DNA from: Chiloscyllium plagiosum
Lineage: Eukaryota
NCBI RefSeq assembly: GCF_004010195.1
Contig: NC_057719.1
Location: 75,718,064 to 75,782,063, forward strand
Length of the DNA: 64,000 nt
Direction: 5' to 3'
Below, piece by piece: positions 39,164-52,184 of this stretch. Position numbers and translations under genes: made by a program. Below the pieces are notes generated by a model that saw only the letters and a list, made by a program, of their open reading frames with translations, was not told the DNA's origin and ran no database searches. The stretch's first letter is position 1; every line of letters begins with the position of its first letter.

Positions 39164-40777
39164 GTGCTATGTTTTTCTGGCATTACTCCAAGGTATTGAG
39201 ACACTTGCCTGGGCAGTGTTTGCTCACCCAGCGTAAGACCCCAGTACGGCAAAACTCTGCCTAGAGAGTTGCTGGCCAATCAGGCGCAGTAGCATAGCCA
39301 GATTTACATTGTGGCCTACCATAGGGGCATGGGAGAGAAAATGTGTGGAAGCAAGGTCAGAGATGTGCCTTCATGAAGGAACTACCCTTCGAGATGCCAC
39401 AAGCTTAAATATGGATGACCGTGAATGCAGGAGCTTCCTCCAGCAAACATTGACAAACTCATTGGGATTTACTTGATAGCATCCTGAATTGTGAGTTGAC
39501 TCCTTGCTGTTGACTGAATACCAAGAGCATTAGTCTAAGGGCCTGCTTCACAACTTGCCAAAGGTAAAAAATAGTGAGAATTAACTTCCAACCTATATCC
39601 CAGTGTTGTCCCTTTAACATAGTTTTAAATATTTTGATAAAACCAATGCATCTCTTCTCATTGTCTACTTACAGGATTAATATTACAAGAGTATCTGATG
39701 CACAGTACAGGTGTCCAAGATTTAGCAGAATGAGGTGCAATGCGTGGAGCTAAAAGGTATTAGTCAATGTTTAAAAAGTAGGTTTCAAATGAACCTGTGC
39801 TGGATTTCCCCAGGGGGATTGTGCGCTTTGAATGACCACATTAGAATGTGTTAAAAATGCAAATAGTATGCACCAGAAATTGTTTTTTTTGACAGTTACA
39901 CATTTCATTTTAAAAATGCGGAGATTGTGCTGTCTAAATGAATCTGCGTGGAGATGGTTGCCACGGATACAGGGTCAAAGCAAGGATTTTGAATCTTGAA
40001 ACCACAGAGACAGGAGGAGAGCCCTCCATAGTCCCATAGTCTTTGAGTAATCTTTGTAGAAATGCCTGGAGCATGGTATACTGAAAGCTGGAAGCAAACA
40101 ATTGTTGTATTCTTATTTACCTACTTCTCCAGGGTGAAGGCTAGTTCAGATTTTCAGGCTGAGCTCTTTTAAAAATATATGAGGACTGATAATTCAGAAA
40201 ATGGCTGCACAATAACAACAATCGCAGTCTCGCTACTGGGAGGAATTTATTGGTTATTCTATCCTCTGTTGACATAGTTTTGCTTGCACAGATATGTTTA
40301 ATTAAAAGGAGACACAGGACTCTGTTATTGTTAATGAATGTTCAATCACTTTTCCCAACAGCTCTGCTGCTCCCTCTGTCGGTTGTTGCCGGTGTTTCTG
40401 AAAGACAATAGTCTTGGGTTATCGCAGTGGCAGACCTGTTTCATTTGTTTACCTCCAGTTAATGACCTTGAAAAACATCTCATCTTTTTTTTTACTCCTG
40501 TCAGATCACTTTCTGAAAAAGAACCTCCTTTTGTATTTACCAGTTGTTAAAGAAATTGAATTACAAGCAAGCAATGAGAGTGATTTGGTCCTTGTGGTGA
40601 AGGATATGTCAGTGCAGGGGAATTATTTTTATGTTTTAAAACCCAGCATTGACTTCAAGCATGGGGAACAACCCTCTGTTCCAGTCAATAATCCATCATA
40701 ACTCCAATCTCAGAGATATATGATTCACTTCAACACCAACACCAACCATCACCCTTCCTCTCATTCGGAAATCTTAG

Positions 40778-41000
40778 TTAAAATCACACAACACCAAGTT
40801 GTAATTCAACAGGTTTATTTGGAAGTACTAACTTTCAGAACACTGCTAGCGCTCCGAAAGCTGATACTTCCAAATAGACTAGCTACCTGACGAAGGAGTA
40901 GTGCTCCGAAAGCTAGTACTTTCAAGTAAACTTGTTGAACTATAACCCAGTATTGTGTGATTTTTAACTTTGTCCACCCCAGTCCAACACTGGCACCTCC
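40778..41000. mobile_element. Short palindromic PLE-derived element (family B)
   Basis: aaaatcacacaacaccaagtt... / ...tattgtgtgatttttaac arms; tail ccccagtccaacactggcacctcc. Confidence 0.8.
40884..40918 (+). ncRNA. Minimal type-I hammerhead ribozyme motif
   Basis: tac-CTGACGA-A-GGAGT-AGT-GCTCC-GAAA-GCTA-gta; stem I tac/gta. Confidence 0.7.
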
Positions 41001-41307
41001 TCATCTGAGATCTTACACATTGCAGATTCTTATTCCTTCATCACTGGTAGATGTGCCCTCAGCTGCCCAAGTGCTAAAGTCTGGATTTTCCTCCTGAAAC
41101 TACTGCACCTCTCTCTCTTCCTGTACCCATTAAAAAGAACTACCTCTTTGACCAAAAGATTGGTTACCTGTCCTAAATCCCAAGCATCACATCATCCTGT
41201 CTTGTGTCCTTCCCTGCAGTGGGATGTACGGATCCAGTGTAGGATTGTTTATTCACCTCAGGACCCACAACTTTGGAGTGGAGGAAGTCATCTCCGATCA
41301 CAAACCA

Positions 41308-41870
41308 ATGTATAGGACATTGATTCAGCTACTTTTGGAATACTGTGGTCAATTCTGGTCTCCCTACTATAGGAAGGACGTTATGAAACTTGAAAGGGTT
41401 CAGAAAAAATTGACAAGGATATTACCAAGGTTTGAGGGTTTGAGCTACAGGGAGAGGCTAAATAAGTTGGGGCTGTTTTACCTAGAGTGTTGGAGGCTGG
41501 GGGGGTGACCTTATAGAGGTTTATAAAATCACAAGAGTCATGGATAGGCTAAATAGACAAGGTCTTTTTCCCGGGGTGGGGAGAGTCCACAACTACAGGG
41601 TCTAGGTTTAGGGTGAAAGGGGAAAGATATAAAAGAGACCTAAGGGGCAACTTTTTCACGCAGATAGTGGTGCTTGTATGGAATGAGCTGCCAGAGGAAG
41701 AGGTGGAGTGTGGTACAATAACAACATTTAAAAGGCATTTGGATGGCTATTTGAATAGGAAGGGTTTATTGGGATATGAACTAGGTGCTGGCAAATGGGA
41801 CTAGATTACTTCAGGATATCTTGTTGGCATGGACAAGTTGGACTTACTTGAGATGTTGTACATCTCTATG
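41308..41870 (+). mobile_element. CR1 LINE 3' fragment
   Basis: YRTLIQLLLEYCGQFWSPYYRKD, RGNFFTQ, WNELPEE. Confidence 0.9.
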
Positions 41871-43002
41871 GTTGTCTAAGAAGAGGAAGGAAATGAATTG
41901 GATAGCTCTTTCAGAGTATACACAAGCACAATAGACTGAATGGCCTTGTTCTGCACTGGCTAATTTTTATACAGATTGGATGGCTAGCAGTAAACTGTAA
42001 CTAGACTGTGCAGTATGAGTGAAGGATGTCAATATGAGAATAGAAAATTTCTTTCTTTACTATTTAACAAATGTGAATTGGGGCTTGATACCTGACACAT
42101 TGCATAATATTGGACCAATAATCCAGCCGTTACTGTAGTTTGTGTCAGAAAATCTCCTTTTAATGTAAATGCAGATCACCAAGCATTAAATGCACAGGAC
42201 AACAGCACTGTGTTTGATAGATTAGCATTAGAAGCAAATCGCTTTTCACCATTAAAGTGAGTTTTGACATTCAGCAAAACCTCAGACTTGTTGAAGTTCG
42301 TAGTTGACTTGGTTGACCAAGTGACTAGGGAATCTTTTGCAGCATTCAAAGAGCAGAAGGAGGAAAGGGAGACGGAAGCATAAGGCCAGCCAATCAGATT
42401 TCAGTGAGGAGACTGCAAGGAGCTATTCCTTGATCCTGGAGCTAGAATTCAATTGGTCAGTTCATGTGGTTAGAATGCTTCTTTATAGCCTTCTTTCTAG
42501 ATAATCAGTCGATCAGTTTATAAAAGGGACACGGTGCATTACAAACCTTCCTCTCATTTACCCACTTGACAGTATCGAGTGACAAAAATAGGATTTATAT
42601 CGACTGATAACTTCTATGTTCACTTGCCATCAGTACAATAAAGCAACTTAATGATGCATGTCATCAGAATGCCTCTTAGTCCACATATTGAAAGAGTGAG
42701 GAATTAAAGGCTCCATGTTCATTTAAGATTACAGTGGGATACTGTTGTACAATTAGCAGTTCAGGCTCAGTCCTTAATACAAATTAGTGAGACCAGTTGA
42801 AATGACCAGCTCTGCTACGCAAGAGGAACAATCTGACTGAGACAAAAATAACCTGCACGAACACTTCTGTTGACAGAGACTTGAACAAATTGTATATAAA
42901 TAGCTTTCACATTACTCTCTGGACAGATGTGGCACCACCTGCAATCTTTCAATCATTGTAATTAGATTACAATCTTATTATTTTGGTCAAAGTCTTAAGG
43001 GA

Positions 43003-43260
43003 AGGATGTTGTGAAACTTGAAAGGGTTCAGAAAAACTTTACAAGGATGTTGCCAGGTTAGAGGTTTATAAAATCATGAGGGACATGGATACAGTAAATA
43101 GATAAGGTCTTTTCCCTAGGATGGGGGAGTCCAGAACGAGAGGGCATAGGGTTTAGGGTGAGAGGGGAAAGATATAAAAGGAACCTAAGGGGCAACATTT
43201 TCACACAGAGGGTGGTACGCATATGGAATGAGCTGCCAGAAGAAATGATGGAAACTGGTA
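43003..43260 (+). mobile_element. CR1 3' fragment with internal deletion
   Basis: aggatgttgtgaaacttgaaaggg...atggaatgagctgccag. Confidence 0.85.
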
Positions 43261-43261
43261 C

Positions 43262-43925
43262 TGACATACCTAACGTAAAGTTCACTGGTCTGTAGTTCCC
43301 TGGCTTTTCCTTACAGCCTTTTAAAAATAATGGTACTGCATTATCCAACTTTCAGTCTTCCAATATTTCACTTGTGGCTATTGATGATGTAAATATCTCA
43401 GTAAGGCACCCAGTAATCTCTCCCCTAGTTTCCACAGAGCTATGGGAAATACATGAACAGGTCCTGGGGATTTACCTACCTTTATGTATTTTAAAGGTTC
43501 CAGTACCTCCTCTTTGGTAATATGAACTCTTTTCAAGACACCAATGTTTATTTCCCCAAGTTTCCTTGCTCCAAGTCCTTCTGCACAGTAAATATTGACA
43601 CAAAATATTTGTTTAGTATCTCACCCATCCCCTGTGTTTCCATACTTAAACAGCCAGACTGATCTTTAAGGGAGAAAGTGAGGTCTGCAGACGCTGGAGA
43701 TCAAAGCTGAAACTTTATTGCTGGAACAGCACAGCAGGTCAGGCAGCATCTAGGGAACAGAAGATTCGACGTTTCGGGCACATGCCCTTCTTCAGGAATA
43801 AGGGACCCTATCTACTCTTTTTGTCTTAATGTATTTATAGAATCTCTTTGGATTCTCCCTAACTCTATTTTCCAAAACTACCTCGTGTCCATTTTTCGCC
43901 CTCCTGATTTCCCTCTTAAGTATAC
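43262..43925 (-). mobile_element. CR1 ORF2 middle fragment, interrupted by a PLE piece
   Basis: VPLFLKGCKEKPGNYRPVNFT; homologous to 52700-53240. Confidence 0.85.
43671..43798 (-). mobile_element. PLE family A terminal fragment carrying a hammerhead motif (43764-43799)
   Basis: Reverse complement attc-CTGAAGA-A-GGGC-ATGT-GCCC-GAAA-CGTC-gaat; short duplication taaggga on both sides. Confidence 0.8.
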
Positions 43926-44443
43926 TCCTCCCTCCCTTAGAAAAAAATGGTTCAGTCAAGAATGGATAAATACATGTAAAGTAGAAGCATTATCACACAC
44001 TCTTTACTGTGGTTTACTCTTTCTCGCAATACTTGCTGCTGCTGGCAATCTTTCTCAGTATAGTGCATTGTAATTTGAAATAGAGATGGGATAGAGATGC
44101 ACAGAGAAAGAGAGAGAGAGGGAGAGGCAACTACCATTTTTGATGTTCATAGCTACTGATGCCCTAGGAATGTCTGGTGCAAAATGGTACAGTTGCCCCT
44201 GAACAGAATGAGGACATATACTTGGGATGAAGCAACTTGACCGATTCTTTCTCTATGACGGATCCGTTCCCACTGAGATCCACAGAACAATCATTCCAAC
44301 GAGGAGAAATGTTTCTTAGTCTTACCATCATTTTGTTTTGGTATGAAATTGAAATTCTTGACAATATTTTGTCAATATAAACTAAAATCTGGCATAATTT
44401 TAAAACTGGCTGCTAATTTGCTATGAGTGCATTTCCTATTGCT

Positions 44444-44652
44444 AATTTGGAGGTGCCGGTGTTGGACTGGGGTGAACAAGATTAAAAATCACACAACACC
44501 AGGTTACAGTCCAACAGGTTTATTTGGAAGCACTAGCTTTCGGAGCGCTGCCCCTTCATCAGGTGGTTGTGGCCTGAAGGAGCAGCGCTCTGGAAGTTAG
44601 TGCTTCCAAATAAACCTGTTGGACTATAACCTGGCGTTGTGTGATTTTTAAC
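44444..44652. mobile_element. Short palindromic PLE-derived element (family B) with 12-bp TSD
   Basis: TSD tttcctattgct at 44432-44443 and 44653-44664; about 80-bp inverted arms. Confidence 0.85.
44531..44565 (-). ncRNA. Minimal type-I hammerhead ribozyme motif
   Basis: cac-CTGATGA-A-GGGGC-AGC-GCTCC-GAAA-GCTA-gtg; stem I cac/gtg. Confidence 0.7.
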
Positions 44653-46615
44653 TTTCCTATTGCTGGTTTGACTCCGACAAATTCCAACTCTGTCCCAATA
44701 ATCTGTGCTCAATTTGGAGAAAAAGGAGCTTTTTTTGAGCTTTTTTCCTGCTTTTAGCAGTATTTTTCAAAGTAGCTGAAATTTCACCACACATGCACAT
44801 TTGTCTTGAGGAGACACTGCTGCTAATCACAGTTTCTTGTCAATGTTTGAGATAATGAACAGCAAAGCAGAGGTTAAATCTGTTGAATTAATTGCGGAAC
44901 AAAATTAAAGATATAGATTCTTTTGCAAGTGGGCAAAATATGATTTGTATATTTTGGCGGTTCAAGCAGAAGTATGGTCTGTGGGACTTGTAATCTGAAA
45001 CATCATGAAGGAAAGACAGTTGGCTGCTTGGGAACTTTCAATATCATTTTTTGATATATTAGGAAGAACTTACAGCCAGTGCACTAAAACCCAAATGCTG
45101 CTTCCTCTCCCCAACCTCCAACCCGCCATTAAAATCTTGAGGAAGAAAGATTCTGATCTACACGAGCAAGATAAACGAATGCAGTTCAGTCGCCATCTTG
45201 GCCTCTGCTCAGGTCTGTCCTTTGGTGTTGTGTCCGTTTTTGGGCACTGAAACCCAAGGCAGTGCACAAAGGACTGAATCGTCATGAAAGGCTGGAGCAG
45301 CCTGGACCCTCAGCCTTTGGAGTTTCCCATCAAGAGTCCCGATTATAAACATAATGGAAAAGGGAATTCCAAAGAATCATGTCCAGTTCCGTACATTCAA
45401 AGTAATAAAGTGCAAACTTAAGACCGATATCAGGAGGGTCCTCACCATGAAAATAGACTTCTGGGTTAGACAATGGAGACAAAATCTCCATAATTGCTTG
45501 TTTCAATAATTATTGGATAGCAGTTATTACACAATTGGTGATTGACACTTTAAGACTCTTATCTTAGCTAAATTAATATAATTCATGCTATCAGCAGACC
45601 AATTTAAAGTTGTCCATATTAAATTTTATCTACCAAAAATGACAACAATTAAGAATTCTTTCCAACTAATTTTCAAGTTTCAAGGCTTCCTGCTTAGAAT
45701 TAACGTCTACTCCAATTTTGACATTTTCTGGTAATCTGACCAATTTGCATTCAGCTTCTGAATTCCAATTATTTTCATATAAATTAGAAACAGTCCCCAG
45801 ACAAATGCATAGGATGCACTACTCACAATCCGCCTTGCTTAAAATGTATCCACTGCTTTCTGGCATGCTGCCATTTATTTCCCATTCCAGCTGAAGCACC
45901 AGAATAGAGAAACCCTGAATTACAAGTGTTCAGTATCTCTGTTTGGCCTGGTTGCAAAATGAGAACATCATTGATTTGTAAACACTGACATCTTTCACAG
46001 AAATGACAGGATGCTAACTCTAAAACAGCAACACGTTTAAGCATCAGAAAATGAAGAGGGCCAGGGAAGGGATCTAATCATTCAGGCTGTAAACTCCAAG
46101 AATGAGTTCCAGTATTTCTGTAAAACAGTGAATTGGACTACTTGTTCTTCCTTTCTTCTCTTTTTCACTGTCCTTTATTATTTACCCTTGATGTCTTTCC
46201 TGTGTTTTTCATTTCTTTCTCTTTCAATGTGCCCTTTTCCTGTCTGACCCCCCCTTTATGTCTATTATTATATCATCTCTTTCATTTTTATCGTCAATCT
46301 TTTGCTTTCCTTTCCTGTACACACATACAAATTTCTTCTGTTCTTTCTTCCCTTTGGCTCTTCCACTGTGTCTCAGTGCCTGACCTTAAACCACTGAGCC
46401 ATGGCTGACACAAACTTGTTGCGTTTGGAACTCTCAGGCAGTTTGCCTTAAGCAGACCTTAATCTGGGTTAACACAGCTGTAATAAGTAGTGTGTACTGA
46501 GACAGTAAAATTGGCCAATTTGGATATATAACAGATGTACTCCAGATATGGTACTGGAATCCAAACTTAGATGCAGCTTTCAGAGAATTACACAAACAAA
46601 CGACCTCAGCTGATG

Positions 46616-47236
46616 GGAGAACGTGAGAACTGCAGAAGCTGGAGACTCAGTTGAAAAGAGTGGCGCTGGAAAAGCACAGCAGGTCAGACAGCATCCGAGG
46701 AGCAGGAGAGTTGATGTTCCGGGCATAAGGCCTTCATCAGGAACGATGGGAGCAGGGAAGGAGGCTGAGCGATAAATGGAGGGGTGGGGTGGACCTGGGG
46801 GGGAAGGTAGCTAGGAAGGCGATAGGTGGATGCAGGTAGGGGGCGATGATTGTGATAGGTCAGCGGAGAAGGTGGAGCGGATAGGTGAAAAAGAAGATGG
46901 ACAAGTAAGACAGTTCAAGAGGGCAGTGTCCATTTAGAGGGTTGGATCTGGGTTGAGGTGAGAAAGGGGGAGATTTGGAAACTCGATGAGAAGTCAGTAT
47001 TGATGCTGTGCGTCTGCAGGGTCCCAAGTTGGAAGATGAGGTGTTCTTCCTCCAGACGTTGGGTGGCTAGGATTTGGCAGTGGAGGAATCCCAGGAATTG
47101 CCTGGCCTTGGGGGAGTGGGAGGGGGAGGTGAAGTGGTTGGCCTCAAGATGGTGGGGTTGTTTGGTGTCTGTGTACGGGAGATGATCTCTGAAACGTTCT
47201 GTGTGTTGGCGCTCGGTCTCCCCGATGTAGAGGAGC
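46616..47236 (-). mobile_element. PLE family A 3' fragment (GIY-YIG C-terminus plus terminal repeat)
   Basis: Reverse complement LLYIGETERQHTERFRDHL...RLEEEHLIFQLGTLQTHSIN; decayed hammerhead cctgatgaaggccttatgcccggaacatc. Confidence 0.85.
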
Positions 47237-47869
47237 AGTCCAGATAACTCCAGTCATCAACAATGGCTTCTAAGCTTGAGGTTTCCAACTGCATTCAAAC
47301 ATTTGTGGCTAGAGACTGCTACCGGCCAGCTTAACACTCCACCATATTGCTGTTTCGGAAAGTTAATTGTAAAGGAGATGCCTCTTGCCCTAAAGGAAAA
47401 GTTGTTTCCATGTACCTTCCTGAAAAGAAATGTAGACAATCAGCAGCAAGAACTATTGTGAATACAAATCTGTCTATAGGCATTGACCAGCTAGAATCAC
47501 GCTTATAATTAGAAAGAAATTAGCTCAGTTTCTTTCAAGTTAGAAGCCCTGCTTTCTGCATGAACAAACCATTGCAATATAGAGCACAAAAGCCTGGCGT
47601 TTGGCTTGGTTTCACACATACTTATTTGGCAAGAAATTCACCTTTGAATCAGATTACAAAACCACTGAGGTAAATAATTAATGAGGGCACCGTCAGATTT
47701 GCAGCATCTAGTTGTTAAGGTGCAAGGGTAGGATTTTGAAATGAGATATACATCAGGCTTCAGGCTGATTATGTCTGACCCGTTGAGCCGATTGCACAGT
47801 CCATAAAAAGACCAAGAGTTTCCTCTTGATTTACATGTTTATGCTCTAGACAGTGAATTTGAGGATGTT

Positions 47870-48830
47870 ATACTCCAGCCAGAACCAAGTGAGCACTTGC
47901 AATCAGCAACTGTTGAAGATAAGCAACCAAAACATTAGCCAAGCACGATTATCTAGGGAAGACCAAACGATGTTAAGGAAGTACCTGAGGAGACTTGTTC
48001 ACTTCAGCCAAACAGGGATGAATGTGTTAGATGATGACAGTTTTCAAAAGCCATTAAGTTCTAATTCCAAAAGCGTTATGCCAAGATATCTTGTCTGTGT
48101 TGCATCATAGGTATTGAATACACAAGTAGGCGAGCACATGAATCTGTGTACTGGCCAGGGATGAATCCGAAAATGCAATAACTCAAGAATGCACGTGACA
48201 CATGAAAAACCTTATCGATCCCTGCGGGACAGAGCTTCTCTCCTTGGATGAAAGTAGTAACAGGCCTGTTCACATGGAGAAGATTGCATCCGAGTGATGG
48301 ATTACTTACTTAAGTTTCCCATTGCATGATGGGTCAACAACAATGGGCACTGCCATCATTAACACAATGCTGACACTGTTTTCAGTTCATTGAGTATCTG
48401 GAAATACATCGTGTTTGACGACACACTGAAACTCATTGGCAAACTGTTTAAAGATGTACTAGGTGGGCAGTCACCCACATCACATTGTCACTCCACAATC
48501 CATGCTGAAATAATCTTGCAGAACATACGATATATGCTATCAAATCAACGAACATCAATTGTCAAATAACTAAACAAGCTTTTCGCCCTGCATTGCTGAA
48601 TTTCCGTGTGGAACCAATGATGCAAACATTCCTATTTCTACCACAATTTATGCTTAAAAGGCAAGTCCAAAAGACATTGTCCAGCAACCAATTGTCCAAC
48701 CATTCTGAGACACAAACATTGTTCTTCAAATCTCGAGGAGAATGAAAGAGATATGTGATGAGTGAGAAGGAAGGAGGCTATCACAATTGTTTTACATTGA
48801 AGTTTGGATTATTAATCTTGTAAACTAGGT
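47870..48830 (+). mobile_element. Highly decayed Gypsy/Ty3 LTR-retrotransposon integrase region
   Basis: GIEYTSRRAHESVYWPGMN (integrase Zn-binding region), WRRL/DYLLKFP resembling DYYSKFP; many frameshifts. Confidence 0.7.
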
Positions 48831-49169
48831 TTATACCTGTTGGTACAGCAAGCCAGTTGACAGCATGTGACAGTGTACAACCATACAACCCAACTATGTA
48901 TAAACAGTACAAACTGTTCGATAATTTTCTTTTCAAATTTTGGAAAAGGGGAATGTTGTGTTATATTTCAAAGTTTGTCTGTCAATATACCTATGACAGA
49001 AATCTTTACGGAAGGAGAATATAAAGTTGTCAGATTCTATCTTAAATTTGTTCACTTAAAGCATGACTGGTGGATGGAAGCATGCTGCTCTTTGTAACAT
49101 TAATGTTAGATCAGGCATTGACGTGGTGTTTTAAAAGTAATTCAGAGGAAGTCAATAGCTGAGCCAGCA

Positions 49170-49725
49170 TATATTGCCTGGATCTAATTGCCATTGAGAA
49201 GGTTCTGGTGAGCTGCCTTCTTGAACTGCTGCAGTCCATTCAGTATAGGTAGACTGACAATGCCTTCAGGGAGGTAGTACCAAGATTCTGACCCAGAAAC
49301 ACTGAAGCCATGGCAAGATATTTCCAAATCAGGATGGTGAGTGACTCGGAGGAGAAGTTGCAGGTGATGGTGTTCCCATTATGTGTTCTGTCCTTGTCCT
49401 TCTAGATGATAGCGATCATACAGATTGCTACTACTGGGTGTCAGTAGTGGGGGGAGTGAATACTTGTATATTTGTTGCAATCAGGTGGGCTGCTTTGTTC
49501 TGGGTGGTGTCAATCTTCTCGAGTGTTGTTGGTGCTGCACCCATGCAGGCAAGTGGGGAGTACTGCACCACAGTGCTGACTTGTGCCTTGTAGATTGTAG
49601 ACAGGTTTTCGGGAGTCAGGAGGTGAGATTTTTGCCTCAGTCCTCCACATAAGACCTGCTGTTGTACTTATATGGCTCGTCTAGTTCAGTTTTGGGACAA
49701 TACCATCTCCCAGGATGTTGTTAGT
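49170..49725 (-). mobile_element. L2/CR1-like LINE 3' fragment
   Basis: Homologous to 33295-33900 (WAALFWVVS..SSVVGAAP.QASGEY on the antisense frame). Confidence 0.8.
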
Positions 49726-50017
49726 AAAGAATAGCCTGTGAAATTTCTATATATTAGTGAGCTGTAATGAATATTTGTTGGATCTTTCAATACCACATTA
49801 CTCATGTCCTAGTTTCTTATGTAATGCAAGATAATAGAAGCATTGCTGCATTAGGTAAAGATATAATACTGGAGGCAAAACCCACATTAATACGTCTTTA
49901 AAAAGAACTCTGACCGGACCTCTTTTCAAGTTCACACTCTCACTCAGCACACGTGGATTGATCCAGATTGGTCATGCGCAGTTGATGACGTTTTCCATGG
50001 AAAATGACGGTACAGCT

Positions 50018-50303
50018 TTAGATTAGATTACCTACAGTGTGGAAACAGGCCCTTCAACCCAACAAGTCCACACCGTCCCTCCGAAGAGCCACACCCATTT
50101 CGCTCTGACCAACGTACCTAACACTATGGGCAATTTAGCATGGCCAATTTACCTAACCTGCACATCTTCGGACTGTGGGAGGAAACCAATGCAGACGTGG
50201 GGAGAATGTGCAAACTCCACACAGATAGTCGCCCAAGGCTGGAATTGAACCTGGGACCCTAGTGCTGTGAGGCAGCTGTGCTAACCACTGAGCCACCGTG
50301 CTG
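50018..50303 (-). mobile_element. HE1-type SINE
   Basis: ttagattagattacctacagtgtggaaacagg...ccactgagccaccgtg. Confidence 0.9.
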
Positions 50304-51325
50304 CTCCATGAGTTGAGGTGTGCCGAATACTGGCAACAGGTGGCCAAGAAAGAAGTGATACATATCTTTCTTGTTCATCATGCTCATCAAAATTAAGCTT
50401 AAAAATGTATAAATAGAACACTCAAGTCAATCAAGGCTCTTCAACTGTATTTCCCGAGTGACATGAATGCTTTAGAAGTTTGCTTTTGAAGTTTTGGCAT
50501 CTGCAATGTATAAATTGCTATATTGGGTAGCACGCCAAACATTGAGGTGTGCATTTTAGAATACAAAATGCCCAGCAAGTGTCCCACCACGAACTTGCAG
50601 AGAGAACTTACATCAGTAGGGAATGTAGCAGGTGTTAAATAGCTTGGTAGCCAATTAAAGTCATGAAACAGGAAGCCCAGACATTTAATCCAGCTAAGTG
50701 TACATCCATTAGTCAGGACTTGAGCATATTTAAAATGAATGTCTCCTCAATGGCAGGGTGACATATGACAGTGGAATACTCACATACTGAGATAAGGGCA
50801 CGATGTGTGTAGGCTCATTCCTCTGTTGCTCATGCTACGTGACAGGGAGGGCACTTTGAAACAGAGGAGGAAGAATAATTCAATGTTGAAGTATCCCGAA
50901 GTTAGCCTCATTTATTTTAAGGGCCTGACTTCAGCGATGTGTTGACAGAAGTCTCGGGGCAGGTGATCAGCTTGACCATTTGTCATAAGTGAGTGTGTGA
51001 CTCAGACAAAGATACAGGTGTGAAAATGTCTTTCAAATAGAGGTTACACTTTCAAAGTGGGTGGTCTTTGTTGGCCGTTCTGAAACCATCAGAAATGACA
51101 CACTTTGTTTGATAAGTTGTCATGTGTCATAACTGTTGATCAAATTCCCAATTATTCCTGAGATCCATCCTATCACGTTTCCTCAGGACCTCATTTGACC
51201 ATCTAAAGCTATCTGGGAATGTGCTTTAGTTGTGTCTGGAATTGATATTGATACAGATTACAGGAGCCCATGCAGTTGTTGGTAACCTTTACCTTTCATT
51301 GGTAACTTTCAATGGTAGGTCAAGG

Positions 51326-51912
51326 TGTGGACGTGCCGGTGTTGGACTAGGGTGGACAAGGCCAGAAGTCACATGACACCAGATTATAGTCCAACAGGTT
51401 AATTTGATATCACAAGTACAGTCATAGAGTCATAGAGATGTACAGCACAGAAACGGACCCTTTGGTCCGACATGTCCATACCAACCAGATACCCTAACCT
51501 AATCTCATCCCATTTGACAGCACTTGGCCCATATCCTTCTAAACCCTTCCTATTCATATACCAATTCAAGTGCCTTTTAAATGTTGTAATTGTACCAGCC
51601 TCCTCCACTTCCTCTGGCAGTTCATTTGCCCCTTAGGTTCCTTCTAAATCTTTCCCCTCTCACCTTAAGCCTATGTCCTCTCGTTCTGGATTTCCCCACT
51701 CCAGGAAAAAGATTTTGTCTGTTTACCCTATCTATGCAGCTCATGATTTTATAAACCTCTATAAGGTCGCCTGTCAGCCTCCGACACTCCAGGGAAAACG
51801 GACCCAACCTATTCAGCCTCTCCCTTCACCTGACAAAGGAGCAGCACTCCGAGAGCATGTGATTTCAAATAAACCTGTTGGACTATAACCTGGTATCACG
51901 TGACTTCTGACC
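51326..51912. mobile_element. Family-B-like palindromic PLE element with a CR1 3' fragment (51418-51825, minus) at its centre
   Basis: Arms cagaagtcacatgacaccagattatagtccaacagg / cctgttggactataacctggtatcacgtgacttctg. Confidence 0.8.
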
Positions 51913-51917
51913 TAATG

Positions 51918-52183
51918 GTACAAAGTGAAAAATCACACAACACCAGGTTATAGTCCAACAGGTTTAATTGGAAGCACACTAGCCTTTGGAGCGACGCTCC
52001 TTCATCAGGTGATTGTGGAGGTCTCGATCGTAACACAGAATTTATAGCAAAAGTTTGCAGTGTGATGTAACTGAAATTATACATTGAACAATTGATTGTC
52101 TGTTAAGCCTTTCATCTGTTAGAATACAGTGATAGTTTCACCTCTTTCATGAACACCCCAGTCCAACACCGGCATCTCCAAAT
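51918..52183 (-). mobile_element. PLE family B terminal fragment with short inverted tail
   Basis: aaaatcacacaacaccaggttatagtccaacagg...ctccttcatcaggtg; ends caccccagtccaacaccggcatctccaaat. Confidence 0.8.
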
Positions 52184-52184
52184 A

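Noticed and set aside
42285..42383. Protein-like short frame DLLKFVVDLVDQVTRESFAAFKEQKEERETEA*
   Set aside because: No polypyrimidine tract at the putative acceptor, no recognisable homology, too short to distinguish from chance
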